Shown here: positions 24,716 through 36,932 of the stretch, one piece after another | Layout of the letters: every line of letters starts with the position of its first letter | Position numbering within the stretch: the stretch's first letter is position 1 | DNA from: Takakia lepidozioides | Lineage: Eukaryota; Plantae; Bryophyta | NCBI GenBank assembly: GCA_030704615.1 | Contig: CM060732.1 | Location: 77,810,001-77,874,000, forward strand | DNA length: 64,000 bases | Direction: 5' to 3' | Notes under the pieces: model-generated | Databases searched by the model: none | Told to the model about the DNA's origin: nothing | Seen by the model: only the letters and a program-made list of their open reading frames with translations | Position numbers and translations under genes: made by a program

Positions 24716-27700
24716 TCATATATGCTCGGGCCTAGCGACAAGTGCTCCATACTCTGTTGGTATCACTGGCGCAGCCCATGACTGCTTCTGCGTTTCAACA
24801 TGCAAATCATACTGCAATGGTTTGTTATGGATACCACTGTACCCCTTCAACTTATTGGCATTGACTCTTCCCAGCATCTCTTTGTTAATGGTTTGTAACA
24901 TGGCCGTGTTGTTATCATACATCTTTTGTATGACATAAAGTCCCTTCCAGGGCGATTTAAGCTTAGAAGCTTTAATCTTTCCTTCTTCTGCAACCAGAAA
25001 CCAAATCTCCCGTCTTAAAAGTCTATAACTTGCCTTCATCAAACTGTTCCTTCTCTTCATCTGAATTCTGGTCATGTTATCAGCTGCATCAGCACGTACT
25101 TCTTCCACATGGTATAATTCATGTTTCCTGACCTTAATTGAATCTTGCAATTCCATTCTCTTTCCCCATTCCGTTCTCATGGTAGGTAACAGGAATTCCA
25201 CTGGAAGTAAAGCTTCCATACCATAAACTAATTGGAATGGTGTATACTTAGTGGTGACTTTATATGAAGTCCTATATGACCACAAAGTCTCAGTCAGCAG
25301 CTTTGTATCCAATCCGTTCTGTTTGCATTGACTATCTTAGCCAAGATAGTACATAGTATTTTGTTGGTAGCCTCTGCCTACCCATTACCTTGTGGGTAAT
25401 AGGTTGTGCTCTTTCTTATGCACAATCATGAACTCCTTAGTTAAAAGTTCTATAGTCTCATTGATGAAGTGACTTCCCTGGTCACTGATAAATTCCAGGG
25501 GACAGCCAAATCTTGTAAGTATGTTCTCATACAGGAACCTGGCTGTGGACTTAGCTGTGTTGTCCCTCAGAGCTTTAGCTTCCACCCACTTCGTAGTATA
25601 TCAGTGGCAAATTATGTACCTGTTCTGTGTATTCTTGGCTGGTGGGTTAATTGGTCCAACAAAGTCTAGTCCCCATTTCTGAAATGGTTCCGTAGGCATT
25701 GAGGATGCAAAGCCATCTTCCCATATCTCTGCAAAGGTCCTAGCCTCTGACATTCATCACAACTCTGACAATACTTGTGTACATCTTTGAACAAAGTAGG
25801 CCACCAGTAACCTGCATGTAGTATCTATTACTGGTAGTCTCTTCTCCAACATGACCTCCTGCCACTCCCTTTATATGAACTTCCTCCAAAACTTTAGTAA
25901 CTTCATGGTGGTATAAAGCATTGCTTCAGCACTCCACTGGTCCTAGCTTATACATTCTGCTCCCTACCATATTGTAAGGTAGAGCCTTGATAGCAATTCT
26001 CTTTCTCTGCTCCTTTCCATAACTTGGTGGGCATGACCATGAGCAAGGTAGTATCTGATTGGCCACTGCCAATCTAACCAGTCATCTGCACTTCCCTGCA
26101 CCTCCACTGCAAATAGACTCGTCATCTAGTAATTGATCATCTACTCACGTGCTTGTTTCTCCTGTTGATAACCATGAACAAGTGATCCGCCACGAGATGC
26201 AGCCTCCCAGGCTTGTAAACACAACCTCGAACTCAAACTCTACGTGCAAGATTATCAAACCATCTTGCTATTCTTCTTCAGCTTATCAGAGTTTGTTTAC
26301 CAGGATATCAGAGCCTTGTGATCCCCATAGAACATAAACTTCTTGCCAACAGGTAATGCCTGATTTCTTACTGCATACATCATTGCCAATGCTTCCTTTT
26401 CCGTTGTGCTATAATTTCTTTCGGCATTTTTCATCAATCGGCTAGCATAGTTACACAGGTGAATCTATCATTCCTGTTAACTTTTGGGCTAACACTGCTC
26501 CTAGTGCTTCTTTCTCTAGAAGCATCACAGTGAACATGAAATATTTCCTGCCAGTGAGGATTATCAGCACAGGTGTAGTTGTTACTGACGATGTAAGTTC
26601 CTCAAAAGCTGTTGACATTCAGGTGTCTCCCTCACCTGCATCTTCTTCAGAAGTTTGCTCATGGTGCTGCTATCGTGTCATACCGTCTGACAAATCTTCT
26701 GTATAGTTGTTTTTGTCCAAGGATCTCCTTAGACTCTTTGCATTACTGGGGGTGAGAGGCTTTAATTAAAATGGCCTCGTCTTTTCTGGGATCCACAAGA
26801 AGTCCCTCTTGCACACAATGTGTCCCAAGCACCCCTGAGGTCACCAGAAAGTACATTTCTCTAGATTCAGGCCCAGACCTCTTCATTCTGCATCTGGCCA
26901 GACATAACTCCAAACTTATGCAAGTGCTCATTCTTTAGCTGTACACACTGAAATCATCCAAGAACACCTGCTGAATCACAAAATCCAGATACTCATGGAA
27001 AGATTCACTTATCCTCTCTGAAAGGTTGCTGGTGCATTACAACAGTCCAAATGGCATGACTTTGTAACAGCATAAGCACCCCAGTCTGTGATGAAGCTGT
27101 CTTTCCCTGGTCTTTCTTCTTCTGCCACTTGCACTTGATTATAACCACTGAAGCCCTCCATGAATGAGTACAATATCATGGCCTGCCACAGTATCCAATA
27201 GCTTCTGTGAATGGCAAAGGGAAATGATCTTTCTTCTTTCTTCTTTCGTACAAGCTTCAGTTCTTGTAGTTCACACAACTCTTAGTTGTCCATTCTTCTT
27301 GGGGAACTATCAACAATGGGTGACAAACCAAGATTGTATACTCTTATTGGTATTAAACTTAGCCTTAGCCAACTTCTTGATCTCTTCTCCAACCTTCTGT
27401 GCATAGTTGGGATTCATTCTGTACCTCGCCTGCCTTGATGTTGTTTATGTACTGATCCTTGTTCCAGTTCATCCAATTATTGCTGACTATATCTCAGGTG
27501 GTATCCCTTTATAGATCCTCGGTAGCTCCAAGCAAATTACATACCTCTGTATTTGATGAACAAACCTTTATGTTCTTCACAGAATTTTGGGCTCCAAATC
27601 AGCTCTTACTTCACCATCCTTGGTTCCTCTTTAGTTCCCATATTCACTTCCTCACCTGCTCATCAGCTGTGATTGGCCCACTCAGTCCCCCACTCTCACT

Positions 27701-28700
27701 CCTGTAAACTCACAGTGCGCTGGTTCCTCTAGGCATTTCCATTTCTCCTCTTTTTCTTCATAGAAATGTGACCAATTGGGTCCTCGCCCTTGGTCTGCTC
27801 TGGATTATTCTGTAATCCTGATTCCCTGGCTAGTAATTCCCCCTTGGATTACCCTGATAGTTTCCTCTGGAATTTCCTTGGTAATTCCCCTCTTGAAGTA
27901 CCTCTCCCTTCCATGCCATTGTTATAACCACCAGGCCTACCATAGTGGTCCTGATCACTGTTTCTTCTTGTTGGGGCTGCACTTGATGCACCCTACTTGC
28001 CTAGGTTCTCTAGCTGATGTCCTTCTGTTGTAGTAACAATTCTCAGTAGAATGGTTATCCATCTTACGATAGTACAATGTTTTCTCCTTCATATGCGGCA
28101 TTCAGTGGTAGTAGTGCCTTCATTCTGGCACTTTGCCACACCAAACACCCTCCTCCAATGTGTCTGCAGCCTCTGTGACATACTTCTGCAAGATTTCTTC
28201 TAATCTTTTCTCATAGTATCCTCTTCAACTTCGCTCTTACTTCTTCTTACTCTTTTACTCTTCCATCTCAGTTCTTGCTCTTCTTCTTCATCTGATCATC
28301 TTCAGAGTCCTCATCATCCCTTTCCTCTCCTGACATTCCCAATTGCTCAATTCTGTTTGCAGTTTCCAACATGCCTCCTCCACTGTATTATGGGGTAACA
28401 TATCCACTCCATCTTCTCCATATACTCTTCAACAGTTTCATGCTTCTTTTGCTTTAATTGTTGTAAACTTCCATACACTTCATACTCAGGTTTTTTTGTC
28501 CTGAACCTATTCGGAATGCTGTATTCAAGCCATTCCAGGTTGGAAATGATTATCAGGGAATCTTGATACCATCACTTGCTTTCTTGATAAGTGAACAAGG
28601 AAACAATCGCATCTGGCATCATCTCGCCATTCTCATTGTTCACTATATACACATGTGCTCAAATTTGGCTAATGTGTACATCGGGATCCCCTTTTCCTGA
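24716..28700 (-). pseudogene. gag-pol of copy A (RT, RH, INT), heavily indel-disrupted
   Basis: [71 protein letters not shown]. Confidence 0.88.
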
Positions 28701-30185
28701 ATATATTGGAAAAGGTGGTTTTGCCCGTGTTGGTTGTAACGCCATCTGTGGCCCTACCTTCTGCCACTGAAAGGTGCTGGCACCCTTGCTGGTGCTGGTC
28801 CTTCAAGACCTGTTGTAGTTGTGGTGGAACTTCCACCAAGTGGTGGCCCCTGAGCACTCCCTGCTTCTGGCCCCACGATATTCACAGTATTCCCAGCTCC
28901 AGTTGCACTACTTCCACACTCCCTGTCACCCCAGAGCCATATCCAGGCAGCCCGCTAATCCCCCTGAGCCGACACCTTCGTTGGCATGGATCCAAGTGCT
29001 CCACTTGATCCAGGTCCAACGGGTTGGGATGTCCTGGTTGTAGTTCTCAACCTCAGCTGTTGGGTCTACTTCTTCATACTCTTCCTCTTCCAATTTCTTC
29101 TCTTTATTTTCATCTCCAAGTTCTGCCCTTGGTTTTTTCTTCACTCATGTAACTCAACTGCAATGGTGTTGGCGAGTCTGAACTCTCCGTTGCTCTCTCC
29201 ACATCCTCTCCTCCTCTCCTCCTTCTTCACCCTCCGCTTCAGAAACTGGAGTTCCTCCTGCTTTTGGTGTTCCATGCCAACTCTTATCAAAGATTTTTCT
29301 GTCAAATCTTTTATCCAGGGATGTACCTCAGATCTTTCAACCTCGTGATTGATCTTCTTCTTCCCGTACCAATTCCTTAATCTTTCTTGCAAAGGAAAAG
29401 AAGGAGTGGCATCCAACTCTAGTTCTTCCGGTATGGGTGATGTACTTCCCTGATCTTAATGGTGTGAGGGGTCCAGATGATTCCCCTATGTCTAATTCCT
29501 CTCTCCCAAAGATATGGATAATAGCTTTCAGATAGCTTTCTCTTTTTGCTGAATATCTCTGAGTCTAGCTTCTCTTTTATCACTCATGTCCCATGTCTTT
29601 CATTTCTTTTAATGTGGCAATAACCAAAACTCTCTTCTTCTGTAATATCTCTCGTATATGCTAGGGTTTCTTTCAAGCTTCAATGCACCCTTGGCTATAC
29701 TAGAAGTCTCCGTTACCATATAACCATATGGCAAACAAGTCTGGAAAGCTGTTTCTGGTGTGAGTTTGATCCACAAAATATCCTTTGGAATCCAATTCTT
29801 TACCAGTACAAGCTCTTCATGCTATGAGTATAAACATTCACCTTTCTTTCCTCTTTCCTCCCGCCTTCAAACTCTACTCGCTTAATGGATAGCAATGCTA
29901 TCACATAAACCAGTGTTGGGTAACCAACGTGCTCTTCCTCTACATGCCACCTGATAAATCTTTATCACTCCTTTCTCCAGACCCCACTCAGGGTCAGGCA
30001 TCATGCACTCTCTTAAGAATGTTTTCTTTACAAAACGTCTGGCAATCCAAGAACCTCTGAAAGAATCGTTTGGACAATCTTCCTTCTCAGTTTCACAGGG
30101 AATTTGATTCACATCAAATTCTTTAATTCTCCATCCACCATGATCCCACCAGATGCTTGTCACATCTGGTTGTTCATGACCCAGT

Positions 30186-30203
30186 TCCCCAGTATGGTCG
30201 CCA
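30186..30203 (-). promoter_or_regulatory. PBS (tRNA-Arg-like, as in Ogre/Tat)
   Basis: TGGCGACCATACTGGGGA, 2 nt from the 5' LTR. Confidence 0.75.
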
Positions 30204-30205
30204 AA

Positions 30206-31247
30206 TGTCGCGCGGCTTTTACTCACCCATCCCTTCGCTATCCGAGGTGGGAACTCCAAGATAGAAGAGTTGGAAATCTCTAAGCACTCAGCCCGCTCAG
30301 AACAATCAGTCATGACCTACAGCTAGTGTATCATGGGGTGTTTCCTATTTGTATTCCTTCCCGTATTCATGTTAGCTAGTTACCTTACTGTGGTTATTTA
30401 AGTATCAGATTGCTTCAGCAATCTATCGGATTCCATCAACTCATCCATTCATTCCACAGCTTCACTCAGATCTCTCTACACAGTGTGAGTATGAAGTATG
30501 TATCAGATTAGATCGTTCTCCTCCTCCTCCGTGCTCTCCTCTTTCTACTCCTCTTCTACTCGAGATGCGCTCTCCGCTTCATTTCCCCCAGTGATGTCCG
30601 AAGTCCCCCCAAGAAGCGATCCTCTCCCCCCGAAGTGATCCCCTGAGATGTCCCCGCTTCCCGCTTTATCTCTTTACTAGCCGTTCTAACCGCTTTCCTA
30701 ACTAACCGTTATCTCTGTAGTACACGTTCATTTTTCAGATGTCGTTCCCCCCACAGTCGTTCCCTGCCAATGGTAACTGTTCCCCAGATGTGCCAAGCTG
30801 TGACTGGCTGTATCAGGCTGTGGCGGGCTGTGACTGGCTGTGTCGGGCTATGTAGGGCTGTGCCAAGCTGTGGCGGTTGTGTCGGGCTGTGACTGGTTGT
30901 GTCGGGCTGTGTAGGGCTATGCGAAGCTGTGGCGGCTGTGTCGGGCTGTGACTGGCTGTGTTTGGGCTGTGTTCAGGGCTGTGCGAAGCTTTGGCGGCTG
31001 TTTCGGGCTGTGCATGGCTGTTGTCGGGCATGTAGGGCTGTGCGAAGCTGTGGGGCTGGTCGCGGCTGTGGAATGGCTGTGTCGGGCTGTGTAGGTGTGC
31101 TTGTGCGAAGCTGTGCGGGTTGTTTCGGCGTTTGGACTTTGTATCCTCCCACCCCTAGGCTCCTGTTGGTCCTCTTCTTTGTAAAAAATTAATGGTACCC
31201 CCCAGAGATCCCGTAAAAGCGTCTAAGTCCCAGGGAGCCCTCTAACA
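30206..31247 (-). repeat. 5' LTR, copy A
   Basis: Matches 19088-20080 apart from a ~90-bp deletion near 30510 and an expanded repeat tract. Confidence 0.93.
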
Positions 31248-31429
31248 CCGGCGGGCGTCCTCGTACTCTGACGTTCCAGCACATATTCGTAGCCTGCCTC
31301 TGCTCGCCACGTGCTGGAATACTAACTATGGAAATGCCTTCACATGCATGCTCAAAAGCATCATTGAATCTGATTGTCCATTACAGATGGAGGGCATAGA
31401 ACCTTCCATGTTCATGAGTTGAATGCGCC

Positions 31430-31830
31430 GTTTCAATCACGGGAGCCCTCTCGTAATAATTATGATTGGCTAGGTTTGTGGGCCTGCGCCCGCCACCGCA
31501 TGAATCTTGCGCATGACGGGCGCGTGACAGGCGTCGTTTCACGGGAGCCCTCCCCTAATAAATATGATTGGCCATGTTTGCGGGCCCTACGCGAGCCGCC
31601 GCTTGAGTCTCGCGCATGGCTGGCGCGTGGCAGGCGCCGTTTCACCTGAGCCCTCCCCTAATAATTATGATTGGACAGGTTTGCGGGCAATGCGGCCGCC
31701 GCCGTTTGAATCTCGCGTCAATAGGGGGCGTGGCAGGCGCCGTTTTCATGGAGCCCTCCCCTAATAATTGGCCCCTGCGGCAGCCGCCGCTTGGATCTCG
31801 CGCATGGCGGGCGCGTGGCAGTTATTGGGA
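31430..31830 (+). repeat. GC-rich ~100-bp tandem repeat (GGAGCCCTCCCCTAATAATTATGATTGG) upstream of a TATA box
   Basis: Four units near 31440, 31541, 31648 and 31750. Confidence 0.8.
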
Positions 31831-31894
31831 CATGCACCGGACATGCCTGCCATCGCATACCCATGGCGAGGTATCGCAAGGGGCTGCCTCCCCG

Positions 31895-32490
31895 GGTATA
31901 AAAGGGGAGGCTCCCTGGTTCATTCTCCCTCTCACACTTTCTTGACGGCGAAGCCCTGCTGAAACTTAGATCCACGAGTTTTGAGAGCTTGAGAGGGAGT
32001 GAAGGGAGTGAAGGGAGGGTCGGTGATTTGCATCTGATCTGTGCTTTGCATCTATTGTCTGTTGCGTCTAGCAGTGTTTAGGGTTTGTAATTTGATTGGT
32101 GCATTGCTGCTGCGATTATTCTTCAACCACCATGGCAAGATCAAGCTCATGGTATGTACTTTCGTATCTTCCCACAACTGATCGCATTAGGATTGCATTA
32201 GGTGACCCAAGCATTTTCTCAGGTCTCCCGTGCTAGTCATGGGACCGCTCTTGTGCATTTTCTCAGGAGAGGTCTCCCGTGCTACTCAGGGGACCTCTCC
32301 CGTTTGTTCTCTCAAGGGAGGTCTCCCATGATAGAACCCATTGTCGCGGTAGGTGAATGTCACGGGAGACCTCCCGTGATATTTAAGACATAGTATCCAA
32401 GAGCGTAATAGAGTGTATAATGTCGACCGGGAATGAGGTCATCCGCCAAAGAGTAAGTAACTTCCCTTTCACTGACCTATTATTTTCAGT
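31895..32490 (+). promoter_or_regulatory. Putative Pol II promoter and first exon/intron (TATAAAA ~31897; ATGGCAAGATCAAGCTCATG|GTATGT; TTTTCAG ~32489)
   Basis: TATA box, pyrimidine-rich leader, canonical donor and acceptor; the intron carries several GGGAG..CTCCCGTG palindromes. Confidence 0.4.
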
Positions 32491-32682
32491 TTGAAAATGA
32501 GTCTGGAATCAGGCACTGCACACGCTGAGGGTCGGTTAGGATGTCAGCCAAAGCGTTGGCCAAGATGTCATTACCTAGAAAATGAGGAGTTGATGTCTGC
32601 TATCCAGTAGTAGAGGAGGACGGCAAGGAATCCGAGCTAAGCCATTGCAATGGAAGAAAAGTAAATGTTGTTGCCCCAGAGA

Positions 32683-32920
32683 ACATACCAGCACATTCAC
32701 CAGAATACACCCCTGTAGAGGACACGTATTCACTAACAGATTCACCAGTCTACACCCCTGCAGAGGACTCGTACATACCAGCAGATTCACCAGAATACAC
32801 CCCTTTAGAGGATTTGTATGTACCTTTAGATACCAGTATACACCCCCACAGAGTACACTTACATACCAGCAGTTGTCCACCCAGTGTACATACCAGCAAA
32901 TTCACCAGAATACACTCCAC
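32683..32920. repeat. ~39-bp tandem repeat (ATACCAGCAGATTCACCAGAATACACCCC)
   Basis: Five to six degenerate units. Confidence 0.75.
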
Positions 32921-33640
32921 AAGAGCACGCCCTGGATGCACATGTATATCCTCCCGGATCAAATTCCCAGGTGCACAGGCATCGAACTCAATGGAAACCG
33001 ACCACCCTTGTACTGTATCCCAAGTGGGTCGAGTAGCTTTCCCTGCTCCCAGTTCGTCGTCGTCGCAAAGTACCAGGACCATTGCCTCCTTAATGCTACC
33101 TATTTCAAGTATCAAATGACAAGCAAACATGAACTCCTGCACATTCATCCACGGAAAAATTAGGTGTCACTCCGACGACAGAAGTATTATTTAGCATAAA
33201 ATGAATGTGAATAGTAGATTTTCATTCCATAATTGCATACCTTCCATTGTTTCGTCTCGGACTTGGTGGTGTGATCGTTGTACTTCTTTGGCTTCCCCCT
33301 CAGATTGAATAACATTCGCGCATGCGCAGCTTTCTCCGGCATTGTTGTATCAAACTTTTGCGCCTTATTGGGATCGTTGAGGAGCTTTGACAACTTCAGG
33401 AGCCTTTGTTCATCGATAGACCATACAATCTTTGCATGCCACTCCCGGTAGTACTGCTTCAGTTTGTTGTCGGCAAGATCCTCGAGAAGTTCCTGCTACA
33501 GTTAATGTAAAATGGGTGAGAGAGTTGAAAGGGTAGGGACATATCCAATTTCGTGGGATCACCAACCTCCACTGCCCAGTGGAGGTTCGTTAAAAGAGAG
33601 GTCTGGGTGGAAGTGAAATCCATTACCTTTGCTGCCACTG
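32750..33640 (-). pseudogene. Downstream exons of an unidentified spliced (pseudo)gene disrupted by the DNMT-Gypsy insertion
   Basis: ORFs 33459-33650, 33187-33393 and 32750-33148; the reading frame joins to 54916-54926 when the insertion is removed. Confidence 0.35.
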
Positions 33641-33686
33641 TCCACCACACAATCTAAGCACACAATCCTAGAAAGCTATACCACAA

Positions 33687-34195
33687 TGATAAAGAGATGA
33701 GAAATGAGAGAAGTGGAAGACAATGAAAGCTCTCAAAGCATGAAGCAATCACACTAAGAACAAGCCCTAGTCCTTCCAAGTGAAATCCACTCTATCACAT
33801 AAACTAAGTCAAGCCAAGGGCACCCTTGCTAAGGGAATCCACCCTACAAAGCCCTCAACACACTCCCTCTCAATACCTAGAGCTATGGAAGTGAGAGAGG
33901 CTCATGGAGGCTCAACTACAAGAAGATGAGCCTCCTCAACACTCACAAGGGGAAAACCTATCTCCATGTCTCAAGTGAGGCTCGACACCTCACTTGGCAT
34001 GTGAGACCAAATGAAGTCCTAACACACAAAATATAAATATAAATATCTAAAATGTCCTAGTTAACTAGAAGTAGGTAATTCTAGATAACCATGACTAAAA
34101 CCATGACAGCTGTCATGCACCTAAGCATCGTGCCACAACATACATCGTTATCCACCACACAATCTAAGCACACAATCCTAGAAAGCTATACCACA
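33687..34195 (-). repeat. 3' LTR of DNMT-Gypsy (~509 bp)
   Basis: Minus strand starts TGTGGTATAGC right after the PPT and ends TTTATCA; 33687-34108 matches 54495-54915. Confidence 0.8.
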
Positions 34196-34453
34196 ATCGC
34201 CCCCCTAGCTGGTGGTTAGGTCCCTCTAACTCCAGATAGCTACAAGATGTAATAGCCACAGCCGTACTAAGTCCTCTATCACTGTCCCTATTGTACTCAA
34301 ACTCTATAGACCAAAGAGGCCGGGTACAAGAGCAACCCCATCGTTAGTTGCCGTCTTGCAATCTATGAACTTGAGTCAGGATCTCGTGTGTTGGTCTCCT
34401 AGTAGCTTGGCCTTGCATTTCTTGTTAGCCTTCCATGGTTGTATCCACTCCCA

Positions 34454-34610
34454 CTATCCAATGCAATGCGGACATAACCAATCCCCATCAGGAACCATCT
34501 CAAGAGGTGGAGTCAAGCATCCCATATGCCAACCTCTAGAGCATTGATCACACACCAGCATGGTGGCTGCCCCTCTAGCAGACCCACACAACATGCACCT
34601 CAAACTTGCA
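34454..34610 (-). CDS. PHD finger (C4HC3) at the C-terminus of integrase
   Basis: CMLCGSARGAATMLVCDQCSRGWHMGCLTPPLEMVPDGDWLCPHC*. Confidence 0.92.
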
Positions 34611-35385
34611 GGTACCACTGCCAGTTTTGGGTCAACCCTTCCATCAACATTTGGAAGGTGACAGGGCGCGCAATTACGCACATGGTCCTTCCAAATCATG
34701 CCATCCCGACCCTCCAAGATCAGGACTCCTGAGGGCAACACCTCTCGAACCCTCAAATAGTACGTCCTGCAGTCACATCCAAGGTCGTAGGAGCAGTCTG
34801 CTGCAGATAAACATAGTCACCAGGGTTGAATCTCCGAACCCCAGGACGATAGCCCCCACCATGTATGGTAGCATACCTCAACGTATCACGATGTTGTGCA
34901 ATGGCAAGATTCTTGAAAGCCATGGGCATGACTTTCTTGAACTCTGCACGCTGCTCACATGCACGTGCCCACACGTCCGGATCGTCAAGGTTAAGAACTG
35001 TAGCAGCTTCTTTGCGAATGGATGTAGGCAAATCCGGCTCTCGGCCAAAGAGAAGACAATATGGTGAGAAGGAGGCAAGTGATGCTTGCTTGCTGAACCT
35101 GTAGCCCATGGCTAACCAGGGTAACTGAAGATCCCAATCTCCTAGGTGTCCCTTCTGCAAGCCATACTTGCGCAAACCCCTCTTTACTGTCTGAACAGCT
35201 CTCTCTGCCAAGCCATCGGCCTCAGGATGATCCCGAGAAGTGGTGCGGTGGTCTATCAAGGCCAGGTCACACAAAGCCTAAAACTCCCCCAAGAACTCTC
35301 TCCCTTGGTCCTTGAGTACCTCAGCTAGAGCACCGAATCGGCTAAACACACAATCCAAGAATGCATACGCAGCTCCCTCACTAGC
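34611..35385 (-). pseudogene. Integrase core and C-terminal part of DNMT-Gypsy
   Basis: SRFGALAEVLKDQGREF..HPEADGLAERAVQTVK..FSPYCLLFGREP; in frame with 45628 once the 10,242-bp insertion plus TSD is removed. Confidence 0.92.
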
Positions 35386-36322
35386 TGTTGGAGGACTGTC
35401 TGGGACTTAGACACTTTTACTAGATCTGTGGGGTACCCTTAATTTTTGGATAGACTGAGACCAACAGGAGCCTTAGGGGTGACAGCAGCGCACTTTAGGG
35501 GGGGTTACACAGCTCGTCACAGCCAACACAGCCCGTCACAGTCCGACACAGCTCGTCACAGCCAACACAGCCCGTCACAGTCCAACACAACCGACACAGC
35601 CGACACAGCCAGTCACAGCTCGACACAGCTGACACAGTCCAACACAGTCGCACAGCCACTCAAAGCTTGACACAGCTGTCACGACCATAGGGAACGGATA
35701 GCAGGACAGGGAACGACTGTGGGGAACAACATCTGCGAATGGAACATGTTAGTTCACGGGTGACGGTTAGTGAGGGAAACGGTTAGAACAACAGGTAGGA
35801 AGATAAAGCAGGAGCGAGGACTGGAAAATGATCACTTCTTGGGGGAACTTCAGACATCACTGGGGGAAATGAGGCAGAGAGCGTATCTCGGAGCAGAAAG
35901 AGGGAGAGCACGGAGTAGGAGGAGGATCTGTTGATGCTTGATGAATGCAAGGAGTAGAGTAGTAATGTAGAGCAGATTAGAGACTCCATGGCTTCAGCCT
36001 GATACTTAATAGATATCAATCTGATACACACTTCATACTCACACTGTGTAGAGAGATCTGAGTGAAGTTGTGGAATGAATGGATGAGTTGATGGAATCCG
36101 ATAGATTGATGAAGCAAACTGATACTTAATTACCAACAGTAAGGTAACTAGCTAACATGAATGCGGGAAGGAAAACAAATAGGAAACATCCCCATGATAC
36201 ACTAGCTGTAGGTCATGACTGATTGTTCTGAGCGGGCTGAGTACTTAGAGATTTCCAACTCTTCTATCTTGGAGTTTCCGCCTCGGATAGCGAAGGGATG
36301 GGTGAATAAAAGCCGCGCGACA
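35386..36322 (+). repeat. 5' LTR, copy B
   Basis: TGTTGGAGG...GCCGCGCGACA. Confidence 0.95.
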
Positions 36323-36910
36323 TTTGGCGACCATACTGGGGAACTGGGTCATGAACAACCGGATGTGACAGACATCTGGTGGGATCATGGTGGTTGGAGA
36401 ATTAAAGAATTTGTTGTGAATCAAATTCCTTGTGAAACTGAGAAGGAAAGATTGTCCAAACGATTCTTCCAGAGGTTTTTGGAATTGCCAGACGGTTGTA
36501 AAGAAAACATTCTTAAGAGAGTGCATGATGCTGACCCTGAGTGGGGTCTGGAGAAAGGAGTGATAAAGATTTATCAGGTGGCCTGTAGAGGAAGAGCACG
36601 TTGGTTACCAACATTGGTTTATGTGATAGCATTGCTATCCATTAAGCGAGTAGAGTTTGAAGGCTGGGAGGAAAGAAAGGTGAATGTTTATACTCATATG
36701 CATGAAGAGCTTGTACTGGTAAAGAATTGGATTCCAAAGGATATTTTGTGGATCAAACTCACACCAAGAACAGCTTTCCAGACTTGTTTGCCATATGGTT
36801 ATATGGTAACGGAGACTTCAAGTTTAGCCAAGGGTGCATTGAAGCTTGAAAGAAACCCAGGCATATACAAGAGATATTACATAAGAGAGTTTTGGTTATT
36901 GCCACATTAA
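36215..36910 (+). CDS. Extra 5' ORF upstream of gag (231 aa, starts inside the LTR and reads through the PBS), unknown function
   Basis: Open frame; frameshifted homolog at 29612-30313 in copy A. Confidence 0.55.
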   Translation: MTDCSERAEYLEISNSSILEFPPRIAKGWVNKSRATFGDHTGELGHEQPDVTDIWWDHGGWRIKEFVVNQIPCETEKERLSKRFFQRFLELPDGCKENILKRVHDADPEWGLEKGVIKIYQVACRGRARWLPTLVYVIALLSIKRVEFEGWEERKVNVYTHMHEELVLVKNWIPKDILWIKLTPRTAFQTCLPYGYMVTETSSLAKGALKLERNPGIYKRYYIREFWLLPH

Positions 36911-36932
36911 AAAGAAATGAAAGACATGGGAC

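Larger units (their letters stand above)
19088..31247 (-). mobile_element. Full-length non-chromovirus Ty3/Gypsy (Tat/Ogre-like) element, copy A
   Basis: LTRs 19088-20080 and 30206-31247 (TG..CA); TSD CCGGC at 19083-19087 and 31248-31252; PBS TGGCGACCATACTGGGGA; PPT 20081-20098. Confidence 0.95.

Noticed and set aside
24166-24750. His/Ser-rich repetitive ORFs
   Set aside because: Translations of the 30-bp tandem repeat
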